DNA of 64,000 bases from Octopus vulgaris. Taxonomy: Eukaryota. Made by a program: the position numbers and the translations under genes. Shown here in pieces: positions 37,632 through 51,157 of the stretch. Location: NCBI GenBank assembly GCA_951406725.2, contig OX597820.1, forward strand, positions 18,476,001-18,540,000. Reading direction: 5' to 3'. The number at the start of each line of letters is the position of its first letter. Position 1 is the first letter of the stretch. The notes beneath the pieces are model-generated. The model saw only the letters and a program-made list of their open reading frames with translations, ran no database searches and had not been told where the DNA came from.

Positions 37632-38062
37632 TTATTTCTTTATTGCCCACAGGGATGGGGCGGCTAAGTATAGAGGGGACAAACAAGGCCAGACAAAGGG
37701 ATTAAGTCAGTTACATCAACCCCAGTGCATAACTGGTACTTATTTAATCAACCCCAAAAGGATGAAGGGCAAAGTCAACCCCAGCAGAATTTGAACTCAG
37801 AACATAAAGACAGACAAAATACCTATTTCTATTTCTTTACTACCCACAAGGGGCTAAACACAGAGAGGACAAACAAGGACAGACAAACGGATTAAGTCGA
37901 TTATATCAACCCCAGTGTGTAACTGGTACTTATTTAATCGACCCCAAAAGGATGAAAGGCAAAGTCGACCTCGGTGGAATTTGAACTCAGAATGTAGCGG
38001 CAGATGAAATACTGCTAAGCATTTCATCTGGCATGGTAATGATTCTGCAAGCTCACTGCCCT
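37632..38062 (-). mobile_element. Dimeric SINE family B
   Basis: Two tandem bodies. Confidence 0.88.
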
Positions 38063-38539
38063 TATCAAGGGATAATATATTAAAAGAGTGAGGGTCTTCT
38101 GATATATTCTTGGAATTTGGTTGAAAGAAACTGCAATTAAAAGGATAAATGGATAAGGATTCTTCCCAAGTCCTGTAGACTCATAAGACTATTTCCTGGT
38201 TTCTGGGGTATTCATATCCCACCCCACTGCCACCACCTGGATGGGTCACTGGCCCATCACAGGGATTATGCATTTTTGCCAGCTGAGTAGACTGTAGAAA
38301 TGTGAAATTAAGAGTTTTGCTCAAGAACACAACTCGTTGCCCAGTCCAGGGATTGAAACCACAATCTTATGATAATGACTATGATGCTCTAATCACTAAG
38401 CCATGAGTCTCCACTGAATGTAACAGGCATGACAAAAATACATATGCATATGCATGCGCAAAAAAAATATGTTATCCCAACCACATGGTTCCAGGTTCAA
38501 TCCCGTTACGTGGCACCTTGGGCAAGTGTCTTCTACTAT

Positions 38540-38665
38540 GTAATCTCCAGGGATACAGGCATCCAGCAACAGGACCTCCGTAATGCCATGATGGACCGTG
38601 AAGTCTGGTGTAGCATGGTAAATTCCATTGTCTCAACCACGGTCGAACAATGATGATGATGATGA
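38540..38665 (+). mobile_element. Extreme 3' end of an RTE-like LINE inserted in a family A SINE
   Basis: DLRNAMMDREVW...* then (TGA)n; 13-bp TSD tgtcttctactat at 38527-38539 and 38666-38678. Confidence 0.85.
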
Positions 38666-39132
38666 TGTCTTCTACTATAGCATCAGGCTGACCAAAGCCT
38701 GTGTTAACTGCCTCTATTACATCACTTGTTAAGATTACCTCTACAGACTTTCTATAGAAATTACAGCCAGCTCTGATTCTGTTATGAGGTTTTGTATCTG
38801 AGACGCCTGATATAAACAACAACAAAATCAAAGATGAAAAGTGTGTAATGGGTGTATATGTTATTCCTGCTACGGGCAGAATATGTCATCACAGGATTAA
38901 TATTTAATGTGAATGTGTGTACACAAATATATAACAATTAGAAAGGTAAATTCTTGCAGCACATAAATTTTGAACAGTCTACACAGACATGCAGGAAGTA
39001 AATAGACACCTCTATTTTTCAAAAATTTCTGATCTAAGCATCTTAATATGTTTTCAGCAGTGTAGAATTTACAATGTAATTATTCTTTTTCATTCCAGGT
39101 GCCATTATATTAAACATTTGCGAGGAGTAACC

Positions 39133-39510
39133 ATGCCAGGCACAAAAAATTCAGCAGAACTGTCAGATTTTCAAAGAGGTCATATTGTTGGACAATCTCA
39201 GGCTGGTTTTAGCCAGCGAAAAATTGCCAAAAATCTTCAAATTCCTCTTGCTACTGTTAATAGAATTACAGTGTAATTCAAAAGCCAAGGAAAAGATTCT
39301 TGTCCCAGTCAACTTGGGCCTTCAGAAAGGAAGCTTCACTGTTTGAAGAGAATTGTGGAAAACGAAACCTGTTTGAAGGCTTCTGATATTGCAAAACAGC
39401 TAAAAGATAGTCCAAGAACATGTGTTACATATCAGTATAAGCTTGGGTATTATGGATGAGCAGCTAGAAGAAAACCCCTCCTTCAATCAATTAATATCAA
39501 ATAAAAGATT
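39133..39510 (+). mobile_element. Tc1-like transposase N-terminal (HTH) remnant
   Basis: [45 protein letters not shown] ... GYYG*AARRKPLL. Confidence 0.85.
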
Positions 39511-39607
39511 TCGAAAATTAAAGCTGTCTATTTACTTCCTGCATGTCTGTGTATATAAAAGCTAATATATCTATGTGTATGTATATATATATATATATAT
39601 ATATATA

Positions 39608-40122
39608 CTAGCTGATGTACCCGGTAATTCCCGGAAAAGCAGGGCTTATCCCTTGGTTCTGTTCTCATAATTGTTTTGCTAATCCAATAACAATACAAAG
39701 TATGTAGCACTTAAAACGGTTTTTGTGCATTTACAGAGAATACCCAACTGTTTTACGTAGGATCTTGTTTTTAGGAAATCCCAGTAAGTTATGACTACCC
39801 AAATCATGAAGTCAGCTATGTAATAACATGAAATTAGTTATCTGATAGTAAAAATTCAAATAAAGTACTTCTTAAAAGGGCTTTAATGCATTCCCAGAGT
39901 ATATAGAACTTAGGAGCTAATACCAATCGGATATGTATACTTAAATCGTGAAGCATGTTGTGTAATAACAGGCTAATTGGATATTAGATAATAACAATTC
40001 AAAGTAAATAACTCTGAAAAGGGCTTTTGCGCATTCCCTGAGAATATAACCCTTAAGGGCGCTAGTGTTGAAATAGATTTACAAGGAATGTAGAAACAGA
40101 CTGACATTAATTTTACAGTAGA
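39608..40122 (-). mobile_element. Non-autonomous Helitron
   Basis: Minus-strand 3' end CCGGGAATTACCGG hairpin then CTAG|T; probable 5' TC at 40122. Confidence 0.65.
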
Positions 40123-40164
40123 CATACAAATAAATTTGTATACAGATTTATTTGCGCCACCTTA

Positions 40165-40421
40165 CTGGCGTCCGTGTCGGTGACACGTAAAAGCACCAAC
40201 CGATCGTGGCCATCTGCCAGCCTGCTCTGGCCCCTGTGCCAGTGGGATGTAAAAAACACCCTCTACACTCACAGAGTGGTTGGCGTTAGGAAGGGCATCC
40301 AGCTGTAGAAACACTGCCAAATCAGACTGGAGCCTGGTGCAGCCTCCATGGTTTACCAGACCTCGGTCGAACTGTCCAACCCATGCTAGCATTGAAAGCG
40401 GACGTTAAATGATGATGATGA
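40165..40421 (+). mobile_element. SINE-like family C
   Basis: Core plus tail. Confidence 0.85.
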
Positions 40422-40443
40422 TTTATAAATAAAATAACATGTA

Positions 40444-40798
40444 CCAAAGTTTTGCAATGGCACAGGATAACAAAGATAATTCTAACAGTGTTTGAGACAA
40501 CAATCTCGACTGATAAAGCAAGCGGTGAGACTGTATTCCTTCCTAGAATTCCACTTATTCCCTCAGACATGTTTTCCAGTACAAGTGCCTGCAATTCCTG
40601 TCGAAATAGAGCTTTGCAATGAGCATAAACAAGGCCTAGGGGCAGTCCTTAGGTGCGGTAGGTGTGAACCTTGCGGAACCAGTTTTCTCCCAGTTTTATG
40701 TGTGATTCTCAAGAGTCGGCAATCCTAATCATTTGTTTATTTATGTTCCGCAAGAAAAGACCAAAAATGCTGTTTATCAAGAAGCTCTGCAAACTTAA
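40444..40798 (+). mobile_element. Helitron PIF1-helicase C-terminal remnant
   Basis: PKFCNGT, GETVFLPRIPLIPSD, FAMSINKA*GQSL..VGVNL..PVFS, SRVGNP...TKNAVYQEAL. Confidence 0.88.
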
Positions 40799-41027
40799 TA
40801 TGATCCACCAAATCATCAGGTATTTATTATTTAACTGTAATATTTTTAAGGTGGCAAGACGCAACAAAAATTTTAGAAAAATTAAAAATAAATAAGTGGA
40901 AACTCCACCGGTGAGTATGTTAAACCACAAGGCACCAAAAGAGAATGACTCTCCCCAGACACAACAGTATATGCTTCAACACACAAACACATAAAGAATC
41001 TTGCAAACCAAATCCAAAAGTGAAATA

Positions 41028-41530
41028 TATTGGGTTGTCTGGAAAGTTCGTGCCGATTTTTAAAGGAAAGAAAAAGGTTAATAAATACTTGCCATTACAT
41101 TTTTAATCAACCAAATATGAACCATTTTGTTGCACAATGCGTCTCTATCTTTCCTTTAACTTGAAAATACCCTCTTCCCAGAATTGAGGTGGTTTCATGA
41201 TGAAGAATTCATCAAGGTATCTTTTTACATCATCCAAGGAATTGAAATTTTTACCATTAAGACTATTCTGCAGAGACCTGAATAAGTGGAAATCCGAAGG
41301 AACAATATCTGCTGAATATGGAGGCTGGGGTAACACATCCCAGCTGAGCTGCAGCAATTTTTGTCTGGTTCCCAAAGCATCAAGTGCCGAAAATGAACTT
41401 TCTTATCTTCCATTTTAAAGAGTTACAGAATTAACACAGGTTATAGGAACATAAATCTTCTTCCATGAAAAGATAGCTTAAACTGTGCTCTAAATGGAGG
41501 TGTAGTCAAATCTTATTTTATGGACTCAAC
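41028..41530 (-). mobile_element. Internally deleted mariner element
   Basis: TA|TTGGGTTGTCTGGAAAGTTCGTGCCGATTT TIR; MEDKKVHFRHLML joined to WDVLPQPPYSADIVPSDFHLFRSLQN. Confidence 0.9.
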
Positions 41531-42196
41531 CTTCCTATTTAACTATGAACATACTACTGCTTATAAACCAAATAATTGCATAAAAACTCTCTGGCTTAAT
41601 AAAGGACAGTTTCCCATTTTGCATAGTGTATATATATATATATATATTGATATTCGCTAGTTATTGCCATTGATAATTATATTTATAGTGTTTATAGTAT
41701 TTATAGTATTTATTCGATACTATATTACTACGAATTGATTATTTCTATAAGTATTTTACATAAGATTTCCGAAAGTTCGTTTAAGTTTGTTTATTTGTAT
41801 TTTGAATTTAGCTATTTCATCTTTAAATATGAAAAATTAATTTATTAGGTTTTTATTATATGTGCATATATATTTATTTATAGAGATTATTTTAGATCTT
41901 AATTATAATATTTATATACATTTATATATTTTCATTGATAATTTATATATATTAGTCATTTTTAAATATTTATGTAATTAGATATAGACTAATACCGATA
42001 TTAGATTATTGGTGGGTTTCCTACCTTATAAATTAAAATTAATATTTAACATTATAGTCGATTTTGATATAATCATAATTGTTAAGTTTTATATTTCTAG
42101 TTTGATAATAGAGTTTATTATAAGTAAAATTTTTATATTATTTATATCTTAAAAATATTGTTTAAATATTTCTGATTATATTTTAGATATTTCAAT

Positions 42197-42267
42197 TAAC
42201 CTGAAGATTGACTGTAACCATAACTCGAATTATTACGAATTGTACAGCCATGAAACGATCGTAGTGT
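42197..42267 (+). ncRNA. Type-I hammerhead ribozyme with palindromic stem III (Penelope-type)
   Basis: AC-CTGAAGA-T-TGACTGTA...TACAGCCA-T-GAAA-CGATCG-TA-GT. Confidence 0.65.
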
Positions 42268-42401
42268 TTTACTCTTTATCTTTTATCAAACTTTTAATAC
42301 TTTTGATATATATTTAAGATAATATAAATTAATTAATTTTATGTATTGGCTTATGTTTTTCATTGTTTGATTTGCCTAATAGTGGTTTTATCTCTAATTT
42401 A

Positions 42402-42461
<60 letters not shown>

Positions 42462-42744
42462 TATAAATAATTATCGCCAAGCTAACATGGCAGTCCAGAA
42501 AAATAGGACGAAAGCTGTTGTTGGTTAGCTCCAAGAGGCCATGCCCTCTAGCTAGCTATGTGACACACAAATCTGTGTCTATTATAACCTTCGAACAGGG
42601 GAAGTCAGGAGCTTCCCTTTGCTGGCCTGGCATCCACAGTCTAGTTTTGAGGTGTTTGCCTCTTATTAATGTGGAGTAGCCAAATCCAGCAGGCGTCGCT
42701 ACTGACCGACTGTTCAAAGGATTATTTACCTAAAGATATATATC

Positions 42745-42904
42745 GTTAGCCACTACACACATTTTTTTGTCTCCTTGTTTCTCTCCTTGTTTTTTCTGTG
42801 TCCCTTTCTGTAGAAGAGCGTAGGCTCGAAACGTAAAAGACTTTTTCTATTCCTGAGCGTTATACTAATACTGCTCTTTGTCTTTTGTTTTTTTTGTAAA
42901 CTCT

Positions 42905-42910
<6 letters not shown>
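42745..42910 (+). mobile_element. Short hammerhead-like element (CUGUAGA core variant); relatives at 10138-10290 (-) and 28425-28575 (+)
   Basis: CTTT-CTGTAGA-A-GAGC(gtag)GCTC-GAAA-CG-TA-AAAG; ends in (TA)n. Confidence 0.6.
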
Positions 42911-42968
<58 letters not shown>

Positions 42969-43457
42969 TTACCCCCTTGACAGGATGCCAGTCCATTGCA
43001 GTGTTACTCATTTTTGCCAGCTGAGTGGACTGGAGCAATGTGAAATGAAGTGCTTTGCTCAACAAAACTATATATTGCTCAGTTCAAGAATTGAAACCAC
43101 AATCTTACAATGATGAGTCCAACACCCTAACCACTAGACCACGTGACTCCATTTAAACCAACTAATACCAAGCGTTAAAGTAAACTGGATAAACCATTTT
43201 GCATACTTCAACAATTTTCTCCATGGTTAGATTGAATAGAAAATTGCTGACATGTTAACAATGCTTTGTTTCATTATAATATACCATACGAGATTTATAC
43301 TATAGAAGATGTGATCGACTGTAGGAGATATCTATAGATTTATTTAATGCCAGTGACAGGAGACAAGCTGCTGACCTTTTGGGCTTTTGTTCTATGTTCT
43401 GTTGATTTGATTAGCTGTTCTGTGGATGTGCTATTAACAATATTACAAAGATCTGTG

Positions 43458-44000
43458 AGGTGGTAAGCTGGCAGAACTGTTAGCACGCTGGGAAAAATGC
43501 TTAGCAGCATTTAATCTGTCCTTATGTTCTGAGTTCAAATTCTACCAGAGTCAGCGTTGCCTTTTGTCCTTTCGGAGTTGATAAATTAAGTACCAGCTGA
43601 ACACTGGGGTTGATGTAATCGACTTGCCTCACCTTCAAAATTGCTGGTCTTGTGCCAAAATGTGAAACCGATATGTCTTATTGTTTTAAGGTAGCAAGCT
43701 GGCAGAATGGTTAGCACACTGGGCAAAATGCACAACAGCATCTCCTCTGTCTTTACATTCTGAGTTCAAATTCTGCTGAGGTCAACTTTACTCTTTTACT
43801 CTTTTACATGTTTCAGTCATTTGACTGTGGCCATGCTGCAGCATTGCCTTTAGTCGAGCAAATTGACCCCAGGACTTATTCTTTGTAAGCCTAGTACTTA
43901 TTCTATTGATCTCCTTTGCCGAACCACTAAGTTACATGGATGTAAACACACCAGCATCGATTGTCAAGCGATGTTTAGAGGACAAACACAGACACACAAA
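43458..44000. mobile_element. Two family B SINEs (+) followed by a family A 3' half (-)
   Basis: Match consensus sequences. Confidence 0.8.
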
Positions 44001-44190
44001 CATATCGTTGTGTCAACGCCCCCAAACGATGAAGTAGGCTAGCCCAATACATAGATATAAAGGGAGAAGTCTAGACGTCGAGGAGTTGGGTGGAGGTCAT
44101 CCAAACATACGATATAACACTATCTATCTATCTATCTGTCTGTCTGTCTGTCTATCTATCTCTCTATCTATCTGTCTGTATGTCTGTCTG

Positions 44191-44227
<37 letters not shown>

Positions 44228-44247
44228 ATATATTGATGGACAATATA

Positions 44248-45910
44248 TCTCTTATTATAAAAGGTAGATTTTATCTGCCTCCCTTTGTCAGTTATAGAAA
44301 TCTACAATATAGGATTTCTTCAATTACAATTTACCTAGCATTTTAAAGAGTAGAATGCATCGGGTCATGTCAGGTCCAGTTTTTAAAATTTCAACCCCAA
44401 TTAAGCAAAATTTACAGAAAACTCACATTGTGGTGTATGAGTCAAATGCTTCTCTTAATGTGGGCTACAGCACTCGCACACACACACACATAAAAAGGGA
44501 GCGATCTCATTCACTCACGCTATCACTCATTTCTACGACTTTCTCTTTGCAAGTTTGCAGCGATTAAAGTGAAACTAATTCGATAAAACGAGAGAAGTGT
44601 ACCTTAAACCACTACTAAAAAAAAAAAAAACAGCAAACAGAAACAAATAAATACATAACGATTTACTCCTCACACAATTTCTTCAATTAGAGTGTACCCA
44701 TGATTTTTCAGAGTACTTCCAGTGGGTGATACCATAAAAAATTTCTTTCAATTTTACCACCAATTAAGACAAAATTCGAGAAAACTCAATATTTTAACAA
44801 TTCACTCCGAAAGCATTGATGTACATGTGTGCGTGCGTGAGTGTGTGTGTGTCATTCCTCACACACACACATACACATACACATATGAGAGTGGCAAACA
44901 CAAACGTTTCAAACAACTACATACAAACACGTGTGTGTTTGTTATTAGTAAAAAAGGTGCCAAAACACAACTCACTTATCATTCCAACACATTTGCAAAG
45001 ACACACGGACGGTCGAATTGCTATAGCAATACAGAAAAGGTAAATAGGTTTTTATTTTACTCTGTATATATTTTATTATATAATATTATATATAGATATA
45101 TGTATATATAATTGCAGTATGAAACAGTGTTTATGTATAAACAGACGACACTTATATATAGTTATTAATAAATGTATGCATCCGTTTAACCCTTTCGTTA
45201 CCAAACCGCCCGAATTTACCTATTCATATTTAAATGAGAATATCAGAGTAAATCTCTTTAGTACATTCGTGAAAACACGTATTATACTTCGTAAACACTT
45301 CAACTACAGTTTTGTACAAAAATCGAAGTGTAATTTTAATTCCGTAAATTATGGGAGATTTTTTTCCGAAATTTGTTCCTATTGTGTTTTCAAAATTTGT
45401 AATTCTGACAAAAAATGGATACGAATTTTATTATATCAAGCAGCGAGTCAGAATTCGAAGGATTTTCTACTGAAGACCTTCATAAATCTAACTCTATGAC
45501 TGAAAAAAAAAAGCATCTTTATATAAGAGTGAAGTTGTGTGTCTGTCTCCTACGATTTAGATTCGTAACTACTCCCACATTTTGCGGTGCAGTTTAACCA
45601 AAAGCGGGTATCTTATAGTCGTGATTCATATCGAGCCCTTCTGGGTATTAACGCGCGTCTACGATGAGTCTACGATTTAAAAAAAAATTACCATCATATT
45701 TTTCCATTTTAATGCATTTTTTTCGCTTTTATATAAGGGAAGTAACTCTCTAAAAATATCTACGATGTGTCAACGATTTAAAAAAAATTTACCTTAATTT
45801 TTTTTCAATTTTTAATGCATTTTTTTGCTATTTTTTGGCTATAACTCTCTAAAAATGCTTATATAGTTATTTCCCTTACAAACCCGAGCAACGCCGGGCG
45901 ATACTGCTAG
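44248..45910 (+). mobile_element. Composite non-autonomous Helitron
   Basis: A|TCTCTTATTATAAAAG 5' end, second 5' end at 45516, 3' CCCGAGCAACGCCGGG hairpin then CTAG|T. Confidence 0.75.
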
Positions 45911-46274
45911 TATATATATATATGTCAGGTGTCCTAGATGAACCAACTTCACGGCAGGAGGTGCAGATGAGGTGCAGCTGCATCAAACTCTCTCATGCAC
46001 CAAATGTCAATTGCTAAAAAGCGTTCATGAAGTAAAATAATGTAGCAACACCGAATGGTGGTGCCCCAGCATGGCCACAGCTCGTGAGCTGAAACTAGAT
46101 GAAATGAAATATGGATTTAACAGAAGGCTCCTTTAATGGATCAGGCTACAAACCACATTGTAGACCGAGCAAAGCAAAGGAGTGTAGTATATAGTCTGAT
46201 ACAACTAAAATCCAGTAAATCCAATTTTATAAAATAAAAATATAAAATCAGACCTAAGTGTCATTGTTCTACAG

Positions 46275-46511
46275 CAGTGCTTTTCAACATTCTTGCTGGA
46301 GTGGAACCCCAAGGAAACATTCCACTGGCTCGAGGAACCCCCGTGCAATAATTTAATAGTCTTATACACACATATCTGCACAGGAGAATTAAAAATTACT
46401 GCCGATTTTAGCAGTTTTGTAACTTCTTGCGGAACCCCTGGACTGTACTGGCGGAACCCTAAGGTTCCACGGAACCCTAAGGTTCCACGGAACCCTGGTT
46501 GAAAACCACTG
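46275..46511. mobile_element. hAT (Charlie-like) MITE
   Basis: TIRs CAGTGCTTTTCAAC / GTTGAAAACCACTG with internal ggaaccc repeats; TSD not evident. Confidence 0.8.
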
Positions 46512-46779
46512 TATGGCAATAACTTACTTCAAAATAACTGTTTGGGTTACAATAATGATGAGGAAATCTCTTATAAACATTTTGGTGCATGGCAATTTGT
46601 CAAAGTTTATGAATATCAAAACGTTCTTTCAACATGAAGAGAGCAAAGTGAATGTTCAAATACAAAAGACAAACAGAACAATGAAGCAGAGATGCTGTTG
46701 TTGCACGAAAGTAGAAACGCTGTTGGTTAATTTAGAAAACTTTAAATTGTTTCATTAAGTATTATGAGACAAATACAAA

Positions 46780-47178
46780 AGGAGTGGCTGTGTGGTAAAT
46801 AGCTTGCTTACCAACCACATGGTTCTGGGTTCAGTCCCACTGCATGACATCTTGGGCAAGTGCCTTTTGCTGTAGCCTTGGGCCGACCAAAGCCTTGTGA
46901 GTAGATTTGGTAGACGGAAACTGAAAGAAGCCTGTCGTATATATGTATATATATATATATGTTTGTGTGTGTTTGTGTGCCTGTGTTTGTCCTCCTAGCA
47001 TTGGTTGACAACCGATGCTGGTGTGTTTATGTCCCCGTTACTTAGCAGTTCGGCAAAAGAGAACTGATAGAATAAGTACTAGGCTTATAAAGAATAAGTC
47101 CTGGGGTCGATTTGCTCGACTAAAGGCAGTGCTCCAGCATGGCCACAGTCAAATGTCTGAAACAAGTAAAAGAATAGA
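46780..47178 (+). mobile_element. SINE family A, full length
   Basis: Matches consensus. Confidence 0.9.
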
Positions 47179-47614
47179 ATGTCTCCAGCTCTCGTTAAAT
47201 GATTCAGAAATTAAATCTTATAAAATGGAACGAATTTAACAGCTTTAAACATTAAAGTGTTACTCACAAAAAAAAAAGTATATATACAAAGACGTATAGC
47301 ATATTGTATGTATATTGATAACTATTATTATGTTTTTTGTTAAAGGTAGTGAGCTTGCAAAATCGTTAGAATGCTGGACAAAATGCTTAGCAGCATCTCA
47401 TCCACCGATATGTTCTAAGTTCAAATTCTGCCAAGGTCAACTCTGATTTTCATCCTTTTTGAGGTCAATAAAATAAGTAGAATACGTTGAGCATTGGGGT
47501 CGATGTAATCAACTAGCCCCACCCCTCCTACAGAATTTCAGACCTGGTGCCTATTGTAGAAAGGATCATCATACCTGTGTTTGTTTTAATACGAAGATTG
47601 AGAAAAATCAACCT

Positions 47615-48220
47615 TGTTTACATTTTATGGATATTTGTCCTCATCTTGTTTGTTTTTAACACAATGTTTCGGCTGATATACTCTCCAGCCTTCATTAGGT
47701 GTCTTGGGGGAAATTTTGAACTTGGGTACTTTTTGAACTAATTTCAAACTAAGGTACTTTTCGATGTTGTTGTTGTTATTATTATTATTATTATTCAGGT
47801 CAATGCCTGGAATCGAACTTGGAATCTTATTTCTTATTTCTTTATTGCCCACAAGGGGCTAAACACAGAGGGGACAAACAAGGACAGACAAACGGATTAA
47901 CTGGTACTTATTTTATCGACCCTGAAAGGATGACAGGCAAATTTGAACTCAGAACATAATAGCTAAGCTTTTCACCCGGCATGCTAACGTTTCTGCCAGC
48001 TCACCACCTTCAAATCGAACTCGGAATCTTGGGGTTAGCAGCCCATGCTCTTAACCACTACGCCATATGCCATTGAGCAATTATGGAGCAATTTTAGGGC
48101 TTATAAATCTAATATTTTCCTATCCTTCCTTAATACCAGTTCCCATAAGCTACACATATCTGCACTGCAAAATAATGTAAATAATGTACATAATTCCTCA
48201 TCTCTCAAATATAGAACTGT
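47615..48220 (-). mobile_element. tRNA-headed hammerhead element interrupted by a family B SINE (about 47830-48010)
   Basis: aatcgaact(t/c)ggaatctt duplicated around the SINE; same inverted tail as 24900-24939. Confidence 0.8.
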
Positions 48221-49317
48221 AAAATCATCCTTGTCTGTAAAAAGTTTTGGACTTTGGTTTGCATCCCTTATGCAAATTTCATTCCGGCACCTTACGTGGT
48301 GCGTACAAATGACAAGTTGTAACTTGTACAAAGCAAGAGATGAATGAACATGGGAGGCTGGTAACTTTGTCTATCATCTATAGATGAGATATTATATTAA
48401 AGCTTTCTCAAACAACACAAAATTTCTCAGACAAAAAAAAAGAAGAAAAAAAGAATTAAAAGTCAGTTTGTCAGTTATCTTGGTTTTCAGCTAACATGTC
48501 AAATGGTAACTTCTTGTCTTCGTGTAAAAGAGAAATATGAAACTGCAAAGGGGGGGGGGCATGGGTGATAGTGGTGGTGGTGGTGGGGGATGTGTCAAAG
48601 ACATGTTTTCCTAAAAAATAAAATAAAATAAAATAAAATAAAATAAAATGAAATAAAATAAATGTAAAATGAAAATTTGGTTCTGTTCACTTTGACTTGG
48701 GTTTCACTAATGTCTGGGTACTTTTAGCACTGAAAATGTAAAAAAAAAAAAAAAGAAAAATTAACCAAAAAAAAAAATAAGCCTAATAAAGAGGCTGTTT
48801 AAATGTATATGGATTCAGTCTGTAGTTTGTATGTGCGTATGTGTGTTCACACACACACACACGAACACATACTGACAGTACACAAACATGTAAGTATATA
48901 TAAATATATGCGTGTGTACACACACACACATATATATATAAATATATATACACACACATATATATATATACACACACACACACATATATATATATACATA
49001 TATATATATACACATATATACATATAATTATATACACACACATATATACACACACACATTAATACACACACACACACATACATAGACACAGAGAAAGAGA
49101 AGGAGGGCAATAAGTTGATAGATACATGTGTGTGAATGAGTATATATATGTGTATATATGCACAATTCAAAGCATGTGTGTGAGTGTGTGTGTGTGTATC
49201 TGCATATATATTCACACACACACACACATACATCCATACATCCATTCATACATACATACATACATACATACGTACGTACATACATAATACATACATACAT
49301 ATATATATATGCACACA

Positions 49318-49643
49318 CAAACGCAAACACACACACACAAACCCAAACACACATACACACACAAATGCAAACACACACACAAACCCAAACACACATACAC
49401 ACACAAATGCAAACACACACACAAACCCAAACACACATACACACACAAACGCAAACACACACACAAACCCAAACACACATACACACACAAATGCAAACAC
49501 ACACACAAACCCAAACACACATACACACACAAACGCAAACACACACACAAACCCAAACACACATACACACACAAATGCAAACACACACACACACACAAAC
49601 GCAAACACACACACAAACCCAAACACACATACACACACAAACC

Positions 49644-49650
<7 letters not shown>
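49318..49650. repeat. 42-bp minisatellite built from (CA)n
   Basis: aaaccc recurs at 49339, 49381, 49423, 49465, 49507, 49549. Confidence 0.9.
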
Positions 49651-49688
<38 letters not shown>

Positions 49689-50309
49689 TTGTAAGTAAGT
49701 ATGTCCACACACACACACAACTGTCTACTTTTGGAGAAATCAACACTTTTCAGTGGATGCCATTTATTGTACTGCTGTTGTTATTGTTGTTGTTGGTGCA
49801 GCTGCTGTTGTTGTTGTTGTTGTTATGGCTGCTGCTGCTGCTACTGCTGCTGCTGCTGAATTGCTAATCCTATAGATGTTTGCCATCATTGCTAAAATTC
49901 ATAGTCGATTGCTACAATCAGTTGAACGTCAAACTAAATACTTGGCAGTTTTTGATTGCAATCCTGAACACTCTGAGTTCAAATACTGCCAGGGCCGACT
50001 TTACCATTCAGCCTTCCTGGGCCCATAAAACAACCCCTGTCAAGTTACTGGATTGATGTTAACGGTTTCAAATTAAAGGTTTTGAATTTTGTCATCCAAG
50101 GCCACCAATTTTGAGGGGAGGGGCTAGTTGATTTCATCGGTCCCTGTACTTGATTTGTACTTTATTTTATTGACCCTAGAAGGATAAAAGGTAAATTTGA
50201 CCTCAGTGGAATTTGATCTTAGAACCAGTGGCATATGGTGGCTGTTGCATCCAATGCCCCCAAATTTCAAGCAGGGCTATACCAAAAGTTTTCCATTAAG
50301 ATTTGTGAT

Positions 50310-50695
50310 TAGGCACAGGAGGGGCTGTGTGGTAAGTAGCTTGCTTACCAACCATATGGTTCCAGGTTCAGTCCCACTGTGTGGCACCTTGGGCAAGTGT
50401 CTTCTATTATATAGCCTTGGGCCAACAAAAGCCTTGTGAGTGGATTTGGTAGACAGAAACTGAAAGAAGCCCGTCGTGTGTGTGTGTGTTTGTGTCTGTG
50501 TTTGTCCCCACCACCATCACTTGTGAACCAATGCTGGTGTGTTTATGTCCCCATAATTTAGCAGTTCAGGAAAAAAGAGACCGATAGAATAAGTACTAGG
50601 CTTACAAAGAATAAAGTCCTGAAGTCAATTTGTTTGACTAATGGCGGTGCTCCAGTACAGCCACAGTCAAATGACTGAAACAAACAAAAGAATAA
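50310..50695 (+). mobile_element. SINE family A
   Basis: Matches consensus. Confidence 0.88.
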
Positions 50696-50829
50696 ATTAA
50701 TAAGTAAGATTAATATTTGTAAGGAATTTCCCATTTTTGATGGGTGTGAGGCACATACCTGGCATACCCGGAATATATACCCCTGCTTAGAATGTAAAAA
50801 GACCAAAGGAAATGCCACTGAGCATTTTG

Positions 50830-51150
50830 TCTGTTGGTTAAAGGTGTTGGAGTGAGAGAGGGAAGAGAGTTTACAAATGATAGGAAAGCTTGGAGTGTGT
50901 TTGTGGACGGATAAGTGGATTTGATGTTGCTCAAAAGGGGTATGGAACCAACATGATGTGGCGGAAGTAAACCAGCATATGCTGTCGGGGGCCACTGCTG
51001 ATTCCAGGGGTTGCGTTTTATGCCTTGACCCAAGCATAGAACGGGGCTCGCCTCTTTGAGTTGGGAAATGAATGGAATGCCTGGTGTGTGTCTTGTGGCT
51101 ACCCCCTCTTAAAAAGAATGGGGTATAGGCCTGGGTAGATAAAAAAAAAA
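50830..51150 (+). mobile_element. Probable LINE 3' end with poly(A)
   Basis: EGREFTNDRKAWSVFVDG* (DRxxW-type terminus), about 220-nt UTR, A-run. Confidence 0.45.
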
Positions 51151-51157
51151 ACTAACT

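Noticed and set aside
42574-42725. Inverted-ended segment with a minus-strand hammerhead-like relic
   Set aside because: Both core boxes mutated (TTAATAA, AAAAC); not callable
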